A stretch of DNA of 64,000 bases from Galactobacter sp. Lineage in GTDB: Bacteria; Actinomycetota; Actinomycetes; Actinomycetales; Micrococcaceae. Within the stretch, counting starts at the first letter, position 1, and each line of letters begins with the position of its first letter. The DNA is taken from contig JBQDZM010000003.1 in NCBI GenBank assembly GCA_052108535.1, positions 614 to 64,613 of the forward strand, written 5' to 3'. Both the position numbers and the translations under genes were made by a program. Below are positions 1 through 9,978 of the stretch, one piece after another. The notes beneath the pieces are model-generated. The model worked only from the letters and a program-made list of their open reading frames with translations. It did no database searches and was not told the DNA's origin.

Positions 1-120
1 CGGCGTTGCCGCCAGCACTTCTGACCTGGGGTTTTGCGCGATTTCACTTGACGATAAGCTCTTATCCTCAAGTGCGCTGGCCTTATCGCCAAGGTCCAGA
101 ACAGTCGTCGAGGCGCTCAT
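1..120 (-). CDS. 5' part of an ORF running off the window (MSASTTVLDLGDKASALEDKSLSSSEIAQNPRSEVLAATP...); possibly a replication or other gene of the integrative element
   Basis: ATG at 120-118 overlaps the TGA of the xis-like ORF (ATGA coupling); frame is open to position 1. Product not identifiable from 40 codons. Confidence 0.5.
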   Translation of the reverse strand, partial: MSASTTVLDLGDKASALEDKSLSSSEIAQNPRSEVLAATP

Positions 121-392
121 GCGGCACCCCCGAGGATGACCGCGAGCTGCTCGCGCTGCTCGGTGGTCAGTCTGGGTGCGGCGTCAACGATCGCCTTGAC
201 CGCGGCGTCGACCTTGCCGGACGGACTCACCGGGCGGAGGAAGGCAACGGCCTCCTCCTCGGGGATCATGACCCGGCCGCCGACCTTGACGGCGCTGAGC
301 TTCCCGGTGCGGATGTGGTAGCGGAGGGTAGAAACAGGGGTGTCGAAGCGCTCGGATAGCGACTTCAAAGACAGGAGGGCCGGTGCGGCCAT
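117..392 (-). CDS. Excisionase-like helix-turn-helix DNA-binding protein
   Basis: LSLKSLSERFDTPVSTLRYHIRTGKLSAVKVGGRVMI is an HTH_17/Xis-like pattern; the tail LTTEQREQLAVILGG is typical of actinobacterial phage/AICE small proteins; GGAG RBS 7 nt upstream. Confidence 0.75.
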   Translation of the reverse strand: MAAPALLSLKSLSERFDTPVSTLRYHIRTGKLSAVKVGGRVMIPEEEAVAFLRPVSPSGKVDAAVKAIVDAAPRLTTEQREQLAVILGGAA

Positions 393-780
393 GATGGAAC
401 TCCAGACAGCTTGAACTGTCCGGAGAGGGGTGCTTTCCCGGCTTGCTGTCTGGGCGGCCTGCGTGTGCCGTGCTCTACTCGCTGGCGGCCGGAGCCACCA
501 TCGCTTTACGGGAGCGCTGACTCCCTACCCAGCCTCTAATCGCCGCCTGGCCTGCCACTCCAGGGCTTACGCGTTCTCTACGTGTCGGAGGATCTACCGG
601 CCGCTGACCGTTCGGAGCGCTACTCCGTGGTGCGAGATCGTAGCTCGCATCCACCCTCGGGGTTATCCCTTCCTGCAAGCCTCACGATCGCGACCTACAA
701 GAACTAACGCGATCCTATCAGGTCTTGTCAACTCTCGCCACCCCTCAGCCTGTCCGCACAGGCACCCCAGCGAACGTGAA

Positions 781-2274
781 CTAAATACGCCCTAGAGCGA
801 TATAGGTTGCCAGGTCCGTCATCACCAGATTCACGTGTACCCCCACACCAGCAGGCAACAGAAGGCCGAGAGTGGGGTCGTATTCCATCCCCTCGGGCAC
901 CCACACCCCACCGACTCCGTCCTGACCGGGGAGAAGGTGTTCGAAGAGGTCCCCAACCGCCTCCACATCCGCGAACCCCACAGTCGGGACACAAAGCTCC
1001 CCCGCAGTATCGACTTCTCCTGGGACGTCGGTCGGTGGGATGTGCTGGTCGGTTCTGCCGTCACCGGTGCCCCGCTGTTCGGGACTTTGCGCTTCAGCGT
1101 GGCCGGAGTCGTGGTCGTGGGTTTGTTCGTGGTCGTGGTCGGTGTGGGTTTGGGTGCAGGGGTTTCCGGGTTCGCCGCCGCAACCGACGTGATGGGTCTT
1201 TAGGAACTCGGCTGGGACGCTTTTGGTGGCGCGTGCCCAGCCGATGACCAGGGCCGTGAGCAGATCTGCCTTCAGTTGGTCCTGGGTGCGTTCGTCCCCA
1301 GCGACTCCGTCACCCTCACCACCGACAGTTCCGGCTGGTTTGCCGTGTCTCTTGGAGCGGGCATAGGCCGACAGGATCGCGTCCATGGCTTGCCCGGCGA
1401 CACCGGGGAGGAGGGCGTTGAGGTTCATCATCCCGTCAGGCCGGTACGTGAACCCCGCCCTCCGCTGGCTAGCGGCTTTACGCCGGCGTTCGGCCACCAA
1501 CTCAGGTTCCAGCTCAGCCACCACGTTGTCGAGACGTTTACGCAGTTCCCGCAGTCCGAGAGCCGGCAGATCCTCGGCCACGGCATCGTCGGCCTCCGCC
1601 CGACCTGCCGGAGTCAACAAGGTGGTTTGCTTGAACAGGATGAGGGCTTGTTCCTCGCTGACTTTGCCGTCCACCCACAACCGGAACGCCTGCGGGGCTT
1701 GGGCGGGGCACTCAATGGCTAAGTCCACTAACGCTCGCGCCTTAGAACCGTTGAGTTTACGCACCAGCCCGAGGTCTTTACCGATCTCTGCCGGGACGTT
1801 CCGCACCGAACGATCCGCGTCTTCATGCTCCTGGCACCGGACCTGAACGAGGTGGGCGGTAAGCAGGGCCTGCCTGGCCTCCAGCATCCTCTTCACTGTC
1901 TCCAACGCGTCCAGCCCAGCCAACGCCTCACTCTGGGACCAGTCAGCGAAGACCGCGGCATCCAACAACGCCACATGGCCCTTCAACTCCGCCAACACTG
2001 CTGGCGGACGCGCGGCCCCAATGCCAGAAGGAGTGGGTGACGGCGACGGACTCGCCTTGCCAGCGGCAGACCCAGCGGCTGCGGTCGGTGCGGCCGGCTT
2101 GGAGGGCGCTGGCCTCGATGCAGGCACTGCCTTTGATGTGGGCGTGTAGCCCTTCGCAGGTGATTCGCCGCGGGCGCGGCGTCTCTGCTGTTGGGCCTGG
2201 CGGTGCCTTGTGTTGGTCTTCTGGTCCCCTGAGGTGGTGTGTCCCCCTGAGCGGATCCCCCGATTCGCTTCCAT
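781..2274 (-). pseudogene. DUF222 (13E12 repeat family) protein, C-terminally truncated, HNH domain absent
   Basis: DUF222-type segments (LDALETVKRMLEARQA, GKVSEEQALIL, DGMMNLNALLP, DERTQDQLKADLL, GVHVNLVMTDL) followed by an abrupt 9-aa tail ATYIALGRI-stop. Confidence 0.7.
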
Positions 2275-2557
2275 GTACTGACTCTACTAGTACACAACAA
2301 TCATGTCTAGCAATCCGCGTAACTTCCAGAGGATTCACAGACAACCCGACCGCTAAACCGCAAACTGTGGACGACACGCCGATAAATGCACCCAATAACA
2401 ATCACTGGACGAGAAATGGCATTTCTCGGTGCGGTAACCGGATTCGGGCGAGGTCGTGCGGTGCGCTCCGGGGTCCCCGGCCAGCAGGATGGGAGGTGAT
2501 GATGCGTACGCCGGATGGAGCCAGGTGGGCATCCGAGCCGGTGGCGGCCGGCGGCGC

Positions 2558-2627
2558 AGCGGCAACCGCCCAGGGCCAAACAAAGAGCGGCAACCGCCCG
2601 AGGCCAAACAGAAACGGGTTGCCGCTC
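2558..2627. repeat. 28-bp tandem repeat (2 copies) with an 11-bp inverted arm forming a hairpin
   Basis: agcggcaaccgccc(ag/ga)ggccaaaca at 2558 and 2586; gagcggcaacc (2585-2595) pairs with ggttgccgctc (2617-2627). Confidence 0.8.
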
Positions 2628-2957
2628 GGGGTTAGCCAAGCGCAGCTCGGCAGGAGGTGCGGCGGAACATACGGCGCGCCATCTGACCGAGCTACCGATC
2701 ATTCCACCTGTCGCACAAGACCAGCCGCTCTCCGCCGGTCACCCAATGCCCACCGCTGATTGGGGAGGCCAGGTTGCCCCGGTGGAACGAACCGCAGCAA
2801 GAGCGTCCACGCTGCAGGAAAGGCAAGTTCCCGATTCACCTTTCGTCAAGCAAGAACACCATTAAACGCGGTTCACGCTAATGCACTTCTATTGTTCGAA
2901 AGTGAACTCCGTCAGCGCCAATTACGGAAGCACTCATGACAGAACCAGCTTAGGATT

Positions 2958-3800
2958 TCAGAGGAGCGTGATCTCCACCGTGGCGTCCATCTTGGACCCA
3001 CCGACGCCGTCGTAGACGCCTCGCACGGGAGGGACGTCGCGATAGTCGCGACCGTGTCCCACCATCACGTACCTCTCGCCGATCATGGCCGTGGTGGTCG
3101 GGTCGAAGCCCAACCAGCTTCCGGCGTAGTACTCGATCCAGGCATGCGCTTCGCCCTTCACGGTCACGCCGACTTCCGGAGCCGTGGACGGGTGTAGATA
3201 GCCGGAGACGTAGCGTGCCGGGATACCGACGGCCCTCAGGGCCCCAATCACCACGTGGGCCATATCCTGGCACACGCCCTTACCCTGATCCCAGACCTCC
3301 TCCGCCTTGGAATGCACAGTGGTGACACCCGGGACGTACTCGATGCGGGAGGCCACCTCCTTCGCGATCGCCAAGGCCGAGGAACCTACGTCGTGCCTGT
3401 CCAACAATCCAGAGGCCAGCTCCGCAACCTCGTCGGGGGCAGCCGTCAACGGGGTGCAGATCAGCGATTCCGCCAGGATCAGATCCAACCGGCTGCGTCG
3501 AGTCACCTCCTTCAGGGAGATGCGCTCGGCGTTCTGGTGGTCCGGACGGGTCACCACGACCGTGGAGTCAGCCCGGACCGAGAGACCGTCGTGTGGTTGC
3601 TGGATCTCGAACTCGTGGACACGCGTCCCGAAGCAATCCACGGACTCCCTCATGCGCACCGCCGGGTCCACGCTGACCCGATGCTGCAGCAGCATCTGCT
3701 CGCCGAACGCGTGTGGCGACACCCGGACCTCGTTGTAGGACGCCGCGATCTGGGATTCGTAGTCGAAATCGATGGTGTGAGTGATCCTCAATCGAGCCAT
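2958..3800 (-). CDS. Transglutaminase-like protein (Bact_transglu_N + transglutaminase core)
   Basis: Starts MARLRITHTIDFDY; catalytic triad motifs GVCQDMAH, HAW, GFDPT. ATG at 3800 preferred over the ORF-track start 3902. Confidence 0.92.
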   Translation of the reverse strand: MARLRITHTIDFDYESQIAASYNEVRVSPHAFGEQMLLQHRVSVDPAVRMRESVDCFGTRVHEFEIQQPHDGLSVRADSTVVVTRPDHQNAERISLKEVTRRSRLDLILAESLICTPLTAAPDEVAELASGLLDRHDVGSSALAIAKEVASRIEYVPGVTTVHSKAEEVWDQGKGVCQDMAHVVIGALRAVGIPARYVSGYLHPSTAPEVGVTVKGEAHAWIEYYAGSWLGFDPTTTAMIGERYVMVGHGRDYRDVPPVRGVYDGVGGSKMDATVEITLL

Positions 3801-4729
3801 GTGCTGCTCCCACTCCAGACGGGTTGGATGTAATCGGGAAAGTACGTGCGCCGAACGGCCTCGGTGGCGGCCACCACGGCATCCTGGAGCCTGTGCATCC
3901 ACCCTTGTAGGTCCTCTGCGATCTCCACCGCGGGAACATAGGCGAGGTCGCTCCTGGCCCGACCAAGCACCGCAATGGCTCCGCCGGGGACCAAGGTCCG
4001 CGACCGATCGGGTTCCAAAGCAACGAGCGATTCCATGGCCTGGTCCAGGCTGGCGAGCACCGAGCGGGGGAAGACCCTTCCTCGCACCAAGAACTCGGCG
4101 ACGGAGCGGTCCGAGATGACGCCGCGTTGGGCCCTCAGGAAGGACTCGTAGCCACCACAGGCACGCAGCACCTCCACCCAGTTGGGCGTGCGAGCATCCT
4201 TGGCAGGGACGCCACGGGAAGCGATCAGACGGCTGGTCATATCGGCACGTTCCAGTGCACGCCCCAAGGTCATGTACTGCCAGCCCTCGTCATGAATCAT
4301 GGAGGCGTCCGCAATCGACAGCGCCAACATGGATTGGTGACGCACCAAGACGAACACGCCGTGCTCGCGTCCCGGCCGCACCTGCTTGGGCAGTTTTGCT
4401 CGGTTGGTGTTCAGCGCCTCCCAAAACTCCGCGGAGATGACCTCACGAATCCTGCGGGCGTTCTCACGTGCAGCCTCAAAGCAGAAGGCCACCGAAGCGG
4501 GGTCGTTACGTTCGATCAGCAGCCGCTGGATCAATTCATCCCGCGTGATGGCGTCCGTCGGCTCAGGGCAGCCCAACACGGCCAGCAGGCCGCGACAGGT
4601 CAGGTCCTCGTCCGCCCACGGGTCGGTGACCAGGGAGGAGATGTTGACGTCAAGCATGCGCGCCGTTCCTTCGGCACGCTCCACGTAGCGCCCGATCCAG
4701 AACAGGCTCTCTGCGATGCGACTCAGCAT
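3788..4729 (-). CDS. Alpha-E domain protein (DUF403)
   Basis: MLSRIAESLFWIGRYVERAE N-terminus and internal GRALERAD (ER motifs); overlaps both neighbours. Confidence 0.92.
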   Translation of the reverse strand: MLSRIAESLFWIGRYVERAEGTARMLDVNISSLVTDPWADEDLTCRGLLAVLGCPEPTDAITRDELIQRLLIERNDPASVAFCFEAARENARRIREVISAEFWEALNTNRAKLPKQVRPGREHGVFVLVRHQSMLALSIADASMIHDEGWQYMTLGRALERADMTSRLIASRGVPAKDARTPNWVEVLRACGGYESFLRAQRGVISDRSVAEFLVRGRVFPRSVLASLDQAMESLVALEPDRSRTLVPGGAIAVLGRARSDLAYVPAVEIAEDLQGWMHRLQDAVVAATEAVRRTYFPDYIQPVWSGSSTWLD

Positions 4730-6534
4730 GAGCCACCTCCCTGCTGTTGCTGCTCCTGCTGTTGCTGCAGACCCCTGACCTCTTCACCGGCGGCACCCGC
4801 GTCAGCACCTGACACGTCGGGAGCCGGGAAACGCTCCGGTAGTTCCAGCGCATCCGGCACGTCCGGGACTTCCGGCGCATCAACCACCTCAGGAACCTCA
4901 GGAACCTCGACGGTATCCGGCGCCGGTTCGCTGGGACGCTTGCTATCTTCCGCGATGCAGAGATCCCCGCCCTGCACCACGATGTTCAGGGCCACGGTAT
5001 CCAGCCCCACCTCGGACGGCTCGGCGGACTCGGAGCGAGCCTCGAGCCCCAGGACGTTCGAGGATCGCACTCCGTCGATGACCCAGGTGTCCTTGGAACC
5101 GCCACCTTGGGATGAGTTCACCACGAGTTGCCCCTCTGGCAACGCCACACGCGTGAGACCGCCCGGCAGAACCTGGATGTTCCCGGAGTCGTTGACGGCG
5201 AAGGGGCGCAGGTCTGCGTGTCGTGGCCTGATTCCGCCGTCCACCAGGGTCGGCAACGTGGACAGCACCACCATGGGCTGAGCGATCCACCCGCGCGGGT
5301 CGGACCTCAGCTTCTTCGCCATGAGCTCACGTTCCCGAGAACTGGAATCCGGTCCGATGAGGATGCCCTTGCCGCCTGCACCGTCCACGGGCTTCACCAC
5401 GAGTTCGTCAAGCCGGTCCAGGACCTCCTCAAACGAATCCGGTTCCTCCAGCCGCCACGTCGGAACATTCTCGAGGATGGGCTCCTCGCCGAGGTAGTAC
5501 CGGATCAGATCGGGGATGTAGGTGTACATGAGCTTGTCATCCGCCATGCCATTACCCACGGCGTTGGCCAGTGTCACGTTGCCGGCCCTGGCCGCAGCGA
5601 ATAGGCCGGGAGTTCCCAGCACGGAGTCGGGGCGGAAGCTGACCGGGTCCAGGAACGCATCGTCCACTCGCCGGTAAATGACGTCCACCTGCTGCGCGCC
5701 CCGCGTGGTGCGCATGAACACGCGGCCGTCGCGGCAGTACAGGTCGGAGCCCTCCACGAGTTCCACGCCCATGAGTCGTGCAAGCAGGGTGTGTTCGTAG
5801 TAGGCCGAGTTGTAGACGCCCGGCGTCATGACCACCACGGTGGGGTCCTCCACGCCTTCCGGCGCGCTATTGCGCAGCGACTGCAGCAGCATCGAGGGAT
5901 AGTGATCCACGGGGCGTACGCGGGAGGACCTCATCATCTCCGGCAGCGTCTGCCCGATGGCCTCACGGTTGGAGATCACGTAGGAAACGCCAGAAGGAAT
6001 CCGGACGTTGTCCTCCAGCACCCGCATGGTTCCGTGTTCGTCCCGGATCAGGTCGATCCCGGACACGTGAATCCGCACGCCGTTGGCAGGGTGCACGCTG
6101 CGGGCCGGCCTGAAGTAGTCGGAGGACGAGGCGACCACGGTGGCGGGCAGGACGCCATCCTTGATGGCGCGTTCCTCCGTGTAGACGTCCTCCAGCAGGG
6201 CCTCGAGCGCCTTGACCCGCTGTTTCACGCCGGATTCGATGTGGTCCCATTCCGCCGCGTGAATGATGCGTGGCAGCGGGTCCAGCGGGAAGGCCCGTTC
6301 CTCTCCTGCGAAGTCGAAGGTCACTCCGGAGGAGAGGTAGTTGGTGGCCAGCGCATCCGCCCGGTTGCGCAGTTCGCCGTTGTCGATGACATTCAGCGCG
6401 CGGTGGACCTGCTGGTAGGGCGGTCTTGCGAGCGAACTCGACCCGGGATCCGAGAACATCTCATCCCAGGCGGGAACACCCGCCACCGAGCGCCGCGCTG
6501 GGACTTCGCCATAGCTTTCGAACAGATCCGACAT
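4723..6534 (-). CDS. Circularly permuted type 2 ATP-grasp peptide ligase (DUF404/407)
   Basis: VLEDNVRIPSGVSY, IYRRVDD, ANAVGNGMADDK, VVNSSQGGGSKDTWV; low-complexity Pro/Glu/Val and poly-Q tail. Confidence 0.93.
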   Translation of the reverse strand: MSDLFESYGEVPARRSVAGVPAWDEMFSDPGSSSLARPPYQQVHRALNVIDNGELRNRADALATNYLSSGVTFDFAGEERAFPLDPLPRIIHAAEWDHIESGVKQRVKALEALLEDVYTEERAIKDGVLPATVVASSSDYFRPARSVHPANGVRIHVSGIDLIRDEHGTMRVLEDNVRIPSGVSYVISNREAIGQTLPEMMRSSRVRPVDHYPSMLLQSLRNSAPEGVEDPTVVVMTPGVYNSAYYEHTLLARLMGVELVEGSDLYCRDGRVFMRTTRGAQQVDVIYRRVDDAFLDPVSFRPDSVLGTPGLFAAARAGNVTLANAVGNGMADDKLMYTYIPDLIRYYLGEEPILENVPTWRLEEPDSFEEVLDRLDELVVKPVDGAGGKGILIGPDSSSRERELMAKKLRSDPRGWIAQPMVVLSTLPTLVDGGIRPRHADLRPFAVNDSGNIQVLPGGLTRVALPEGQLVVNSSQGGGSKDTWVIDGVRSSNVLGLEARSESAEPSEVGLDTVALNIVVQGGDLCIAEDSKRPSEPAPDTVEVPEVPEVVDAPEVPDVPDALELPERFPAPDVSGADAGAAGEEVRGLQQQQEQQQQGGGSC

Positions 6535-6688
6535 GCCCCCTATTGAGCCACTTTCAGATTACGAACGTGATTCACGTCGCAACATGGGGTGTTTCCTGCG
6601 TCACAATTTCCAACCCGTTGCGCTGTGATTTGCATCACTCCTATACTCCCGCTGCGCCCACACATCCTCCGAGGCCACCCACAACGGG

Positions 6689-6734
6689 CGACGGCGGTGC
6701 TCGCCTCGCGCACGCGAGGCGAGCACCGCCGTCG
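6689..6734. terminator. 22-bp perfect inverted repeat downstream of the ABC ATPase (terminator or REP-like)
   Basis: cgacggcggtgctcgcctcgcg-ca-cgcgaggcgagcaccgccgtcg. Confidence 0.75.
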
Positions 6735-6766
6735 GACCTTGGGGAAGAAACCCCCGAAAGGGAACC

Positions 6767-7504
6767 TCAGAGCACCTTGGACAGGAAGTCCTGTGTGCGC
6801 TCCTTCTGCGGGTTGCCGAAGAGTTCCTCTGGCGTGTTGGTCTCGCAGACCACGCCATCGGCCAGGAAGACCACGCGATTGCAGACCTCGCGGGCGAAGC
6901 CCATCTCGTGGGTCACCAGCACCATGGTCATGCCGGATTGCGCCAGCTCACGGATCACCTGCAGCACTTCGCCGACCATCTCGGGGTCCAAGGCGGAGGT
7001 CGCCTCGTCGAAGAGCATGATCTTGGGTTCCATCGCCAGCGCACGGGCGATCGCGACGCGCTGCTTCTGGCCGCCGGAGAGCTGTGCCGGGCGGGCGTTG
7101 GCCTTCTCGGCCAGCCCCACGCGCTCCAACAACGCTTCCGCCTGCTTGCGAGCATCTGCCTTGGACTTCTTGCCTGTGTCGACAGGGGCCAGCATCACAT
7201 TCTCGATCACCGACATGTTCGGGAAGAGATTGAAGTGCTGGAACACCATGCCCACATGGCGGCGGACCTCATTGATGTTGACCTTCTGGTCCATGAGGTC
7301 GAAGCCGTCCACCACCACGGAACCCGACGTCGGGTCTTCCAACCGATTCAGGCAGCGCAGGATGGTGGACTTACCGGATCCGGAAGGACCGATCAGCGAG
7401 ATGACCTCGCCCTCGCTGACCGAGAGATCGATCCCCCTCAGCACGTGATTGTCACCGAAGGACTTGGTGAGGTCCTTGACCTCGATCACCGCATCACTCA
7501 TCAC
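6767..7504 (-). CDS. glnQ: Polar amino acid ABC transporter ATP-binding protein (GlnQ-like)
   Basis: GPSGSGKST Walker [16 protein letters not shown] signature, [14 protein letters not shown]. Confidence 0.9.
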   Translation of the reverse strand: MMSDAVIEVKDLTKSFGDNHVLRGIDLSVSEGEVISLIGPSGSGKSTILRCLNRLEDPTSGSVVVDGFDLMDQKVNINEVRRHVGMVFQHFNLFPNMSVIENVMLAPVDTGKKSKADARKQAEALLERVGLAEKANARPAQLSGGQKQRVAIARALAMEPKIMLFDEATSALDPEMVGEVLQVIRELAQSGMTMVLVTHEMGFAREVCNRVVFLADGVVCETNTPEELFGNPQKERTQDFLSKVL

Positions 7505-9819
7505 TTGTTCACCTTCTTGTCCACGTAGTTGGCCAGCCAGGTCAGCAGGGTGATCACCACGAAGTAGATGAGGCCGACGATGATCAGCATCTCAGTGGTG
7601 CGGTAGTTGGACGCGTAGATCTGCTGTGCCTGGTACAGCAGTTCAGCGAAGCCGATGGTCAGCAACAAGGAGGAGTCCTTCAGCGTGATGACCAACTGGT
7701 TGATGATGGACGGGGTCGCGATCTTCACGGCCTGCGGGACCACCACGCGCTGCATGGAACGGCCCCAGCCCAGACCCAGGGACCTGGATGCCTCCATCTG
7801 CCCGGGATCCACCGACTGCAGTGCACCACGGATGATCTCCGTGAGGTAGGCGCCGGAGTTCAGGGCCAGGGTGGCGACACCGGCCCAGAAGATGTTGCCC
7901 GATGCACCCGTGATCTGCGGAAGACCGAAGTAGAACAGGAACGCCCACACCAGGATCGGGGTGCCACGGAAGATCGACACGTACGTCGTGGCGATACCGC
8001 GCAACCAGATGGACGGGGCGATCTTCATGAAGCCGAAGATCAGACCGAGAGCCAACGCGATCACGAAGGCCACCAGGGTGATCAGGACCGTATTTCCAAG
8101 GCCCTTGGCCAACGTGGGCCAGGAATCCGCGAGGAGCTGGAAGAAGTTGGACTTCTCGTTGCTGCCACCGCTTCCGGCCGAGCCGGAGTCGTCGTCGCCC
8201 AGGTAGGTGGCGAGGATCTTGTCGTACTCACCGGTGGACTTGAGGTTCTCCAAGCCAGCGTCGAACGCGGCCAACAGATCCGCGTTGTCGCCCTTCTTCA
8301 CGGCGAAGCCGTACTGGCCGCCCTCGATCTTCTCCGTCACGGCCTTCAGGCCGGAACCCTGCTCGATGCCGTAGGCCAGCACCGGGTAGTCGTCGAAGAT
8401 CGCCACGGCGGTGCCGTTCTTGACGGACTCAACAAGGTTGGTGGATTGATCCAATCCCTTGACCTTGAAGTCGTATTCCTTGGCGAGCTTCTTGGCCTCG
8501 GCCTCCGACTCGGTGCCCGTCTTCACGGCCACGGTCTCGCCCTTGAGGTCCTCGTAACCCTTGACGTCCTTGTTGGATTCCAGCACAGCCATTTGGACAC
8601 CGGAGTCGAAGTACGGATCGGAGAAATCGAAGGTCTGCTTGCGCTCATCCGTGATGGACATGCCGGCGATCACGCCGTCCGCCTGGCCCGAAGTCACGGC
8701 TGACACCGCGGCCTGGAAGCCCAGCGACTGAATGTTGACCTTGAACCCAACCTTGTCCGCGATCGCGTTCAGCAGGTCCATGTCGATACCGACCAGGTCA
8801 CCGTCCTTGCGGAACTCGAACGGAGCGAACGTGGTGTCCGTGGCGATGGTGAAGGTCTTACCCTTGACCGCTGCCGCCACATCCTCCGGGATCGGCACCT
8901 CCTCAACCGGGGCGTTGTCCGATGCTGCGTCTTCACCCAGGTACTTGGTGAGGATGTCGTCGTACTCGCCGGTCTCCTTGAGCTCGGCCAGGCCGTCGTT
9001 GAACGCGGTCAGAAGCGCGGCGTTGTCGCCCTTCTTCACGGCGAAGCCGTACTGACCTCCCTCGATCTTCTCCGTCACGGCCTTCAGGCCGGAACCCTGC
9101 TCGATGCCGTAGGCCAGCACCGGGTAGTCGTCAAAGACGGCCACGGCCGACTTGTTCTTGACGGATTCCACGAGGTTCGTGGACTGATCCAGGTTCTTGA
9201 CCGTGAAATCGTATTCCTTGGCGAGTTCCTTGGCCGCGGATTCGCCCTCCGTGCCGGCCTTCGCCACCACGGTCTTGCCCTTGAGGTCTTCGTAGCCCTT
9301 GATGTCGTTGTTGTCAGAGGCCACCGCCATCTGCACGCCGGAATCGAAGTAGGGCTCGGAGAAGTCGAAGGTCTGCTTGCGCTCATCCGTGATGGACATG
9401 CCAGCAATCACGCCATCAGCCTGGCCCGAGGTTACGGCGGAGACCGCAGCCTGGAAGCCCAGCGACTGGATGTTCACCTTGAAGCCCTGCTTCTTGGCGA
9501 TCGCGTTGATGATGTCCATGTCGATGCCCACGAGGTTGCCGCCCTCGCGGAACTCGAACGGCGCGAACGTGGTGTCCGTGGCGATGGTGAAGGTCTTACC
9601 TTTCACCGCCTCCTTGGCCTGCTGCGCCTTGATGCTGGAGACGTGCACGGAGGTGGACTTGTTGGTGGCGGCCGACGCTGTGCTTGCCGATACGGTGCTC
9701 GACGACGCCGGGGCCGCGGTCGCGGCCGTCGCCGGAACCGCGACGGCTCCTACGACGAAGACCGCCAGGACCGAGCCGAGCAAGGCCCGCAGTCCCCGCC
9801 TGCGTTGTGGTTGTTTCAC
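7501..9819 (-). CDS. Polar amino acid ABC transporter: signal peptide + two tandem substrate-binding domains + permease (GlnP-like fusion)
   Basis: [19 protein letters not shown] occurs twice; C-terminal permease with FRGTP and [17 protein letters not shown] (EAA motif). Confidence 0.93.
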   Translation of the reverse strand: MKQPQRRRGLRALLGSVLAVFVVGAVAVPATAATAAPASSSTVSASTASAATNKSTSVHVSSIKAQQAKEAVKGKTFTIATDTTFAPFEFREGGNLVGIDMDIINAIAKKQGFKVNIQSLGFQAAVSAVTSGQADGVIAGMSITDERKQTFDFSEPYFDSGVQMAVASDNNDIKGYEDLKGKTVVAKAGTEGESAAKELAKEYDFTVKNLDQSTNLVESVKNKSAVAVFDDYPVLAYGIEQGSGLKAVTEKIEGGQYGFAVKKGDNAALLTAFNDGLAELKETGEYDDILTKYLGEDAASDNAPVEEVPIPEDVAAAVKGKTFTIATDTTFAPFEFRKDGDLVGIDMDLLNAIADKVGFKVNIQSLGFQAAVSAVTSGQADGVIAGMSITDERKQTFDFSDPYFDSGVQMAVLESNKDVKGYEDLKGETVAVKTGTESEAEAKKLAKEYDFKVKGLDQSTNLVESVKNGTAVAIFDDYPVLAYGIEQGSGLKAVTEKIEGGQYGFAVKKGDNADLLAAFDAGLENLKSTGEYDKILATYLGDDDSGSAGSGGSNEKSNFFQLLADSWPTLAKGLGNTVLITLVAFVIALALGLIFGFMKIAPSIWLRGIATTYVSIFRGTPILVWAFLFYFGLPQITGASGNIFWAGVATLALNSGAYLTEIIRGALQSVDPGQMEASRSLGLGWGRSMQRVVVPQAVKIATPSIINQLVITLKDSSLLLTIGFAELLYQAQQIYASNYRTTEMLIIVGLIYFVVITLLTWLANYVDKKVNK

Positions 9820-9978
9820 TGATCTGTCCCGTTCCTCGTTTATCGGGTGCGTAGCCCCGTGGCCTGTAGGCCCGGGTCCGGACGGAACATCAGCGTTGCG
9901 CCTCGGCCGCCGGGTCCTGCGTCACGTGGGGCCGTGAATGGGACCACCTTAGCTTTCTTCCCTGACACACTGCCCATC

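Larger units (their letters stand above)
1..810. mobile_element. Right end of a putative integrative element or prophage remnant
   Basis: Xis-like gene coupled to a further ORF; the flanking DUF222 gene breaks off at about 810. Integrase not in the window. Confidence 0.5.

Noticed and set aside
430-795. ORFs 430-795 (+) and 475-678 (-) next to the xis-like gene
   Set aside because: No RBS or motif support; treated as non-coding element end, although a small repressor cannot be excluded.
6560-6610. GlnR box upstream of the ATP-grasp operon
   Set aside because: GTGAC and GAAAC half-sites are present but spaced 4 nt rather than the canonical 6; not supportable.
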